This document shows, piece after piece, positions 63,238 through 64,000 of a stretch of DNA of 64,000 nt. Position numbers and translations under genes: made by a program. How positions within the stretch are numbered: the first letter of the stretch is position 1; each line of letters begins with the position of its first letter. Origin of the DNA: Mobula hypostoma (taxonomy: Eukaryota); contig NC_086097.1 in the NCBI RefSeq assembly GCF_963921235.1, forward strand, positions 158,040,001-158,104,000, read 5' to 3'. The notes under the pieces are model-generated. The model did not search any database and was not told the origin of the DNA. It saw only the letters and a list, made by a program, of their open reading frames with translations.

Positions 63238-64000
63238 ACCATAAAATATAGGAGCAGAAGCAGGCCATTTGACCCATCAAGTCTGCTCTGCCATTCAATC
63301 ATGGGCTGATTCAATTTTTACGGTCATCCCCACTCCCCTGCCTTCTCTCTATACCCTTTGATGCCCTGGCTAATCAAGAACCTATCTATCTCTGCCTTAA
63401 ATGCACCCAATGATTTGGTCTCCACAGCTGCTCGAGGCAACAAATTCCATAGATTTACCACCCTCTGACTAAAGTAATTTCTCCGCATCTCTATTCTAAA
63501 TGGATGTCCTTCAATCCTGAAGTCATGCCCTCTTGTCCTTGACTCCCTAGCATGGGAAATAACTTTGCCATATCTAATCTGTTCAGGCCTTTTAACATTC
63601 AGAATGTTTCTGTGAGATCTCCCCTCATTCTCCTGAACTCCAGGAAATACAGCCCAAGAGCTGTCAGACATTCCTCATACAGTAACCCTTTCATTCCTGG
63701 AATCATTCTCGTGAATCTTCTTTGAACCCTCTCTAATATCAGTATATCCTTTCTAAAATACGGAGCCCAAAACTGAACACAATACTCCAAGTGTGGTCTC
63801 AGGAGTACCTTGGAGAGCCTCAACATCACATCACTGCTCTTATATTCTATACCTTTAGAAATGAATGCCAACATTGCATTTGCCTTCTTTACCACTGACT
63901 CAACCGAAGGTTAACCTTCAGGGTATCCTGTACAAGGACTCCCAAGTCCCTTTGCATCTCTGCATTTTGAATTCTCTCGCCATCTAAATAATAGTCTGCT
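63238..64000 (-). mobile_element. CR1 LINE 3' portion, runs off the window
   Basis: KKANAMLAFISKGIEYKS..RPHLEYCVQFWAPY..LERVQRRFTRMIPG and TRGHDFRI. Confidence 0.93.

Overview
Eukaryotic, repeat-dominated window (roughly 40% GC) with no intact multi-exon gene or prokaryotic system visible. The repeat inventory points to a cartilaginous fish, probably a ray (inference): abundant CR1 and Rex1/Babar LINEs, HE1/V-SINE-like and Deu-type SINEs, and Penelope 3' ends. Nearly all ORFs in the track are decayed transposon fragments. Elements resolved with boundaries include: a Harbinger-type MITE; a Tc1 relic; a 5'-truncated RTE LINE flanked by a ~125-bp diverged target-site duplication (TSD) and filled with nested insertions; a hAT element (TIRs plus 8-bp TSD) carrying ~700 bp of non-transposase cargo and a solo LTR, inserted in CR1 ORF1; two chromovirus-type Gypsy relics; and a two-LTR Gypsy nested in an older Gypsy pol. 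Many Penelope-derived pseudo-LTRs carry minimal hammerhead-ribozyme motifs, one of them as an 88-bp near-perfect palindrome with a 14-bp TSD. In unique sequence there are candidate minus-strand exons (a transmembrane-encoding terminal exon, a 34-nt exon in a CpG-rich patch, and a recursive-splice-like exon) and a few enhancer-like islands. Coordinates were read by eye, so boundaries of old elements are approximate.
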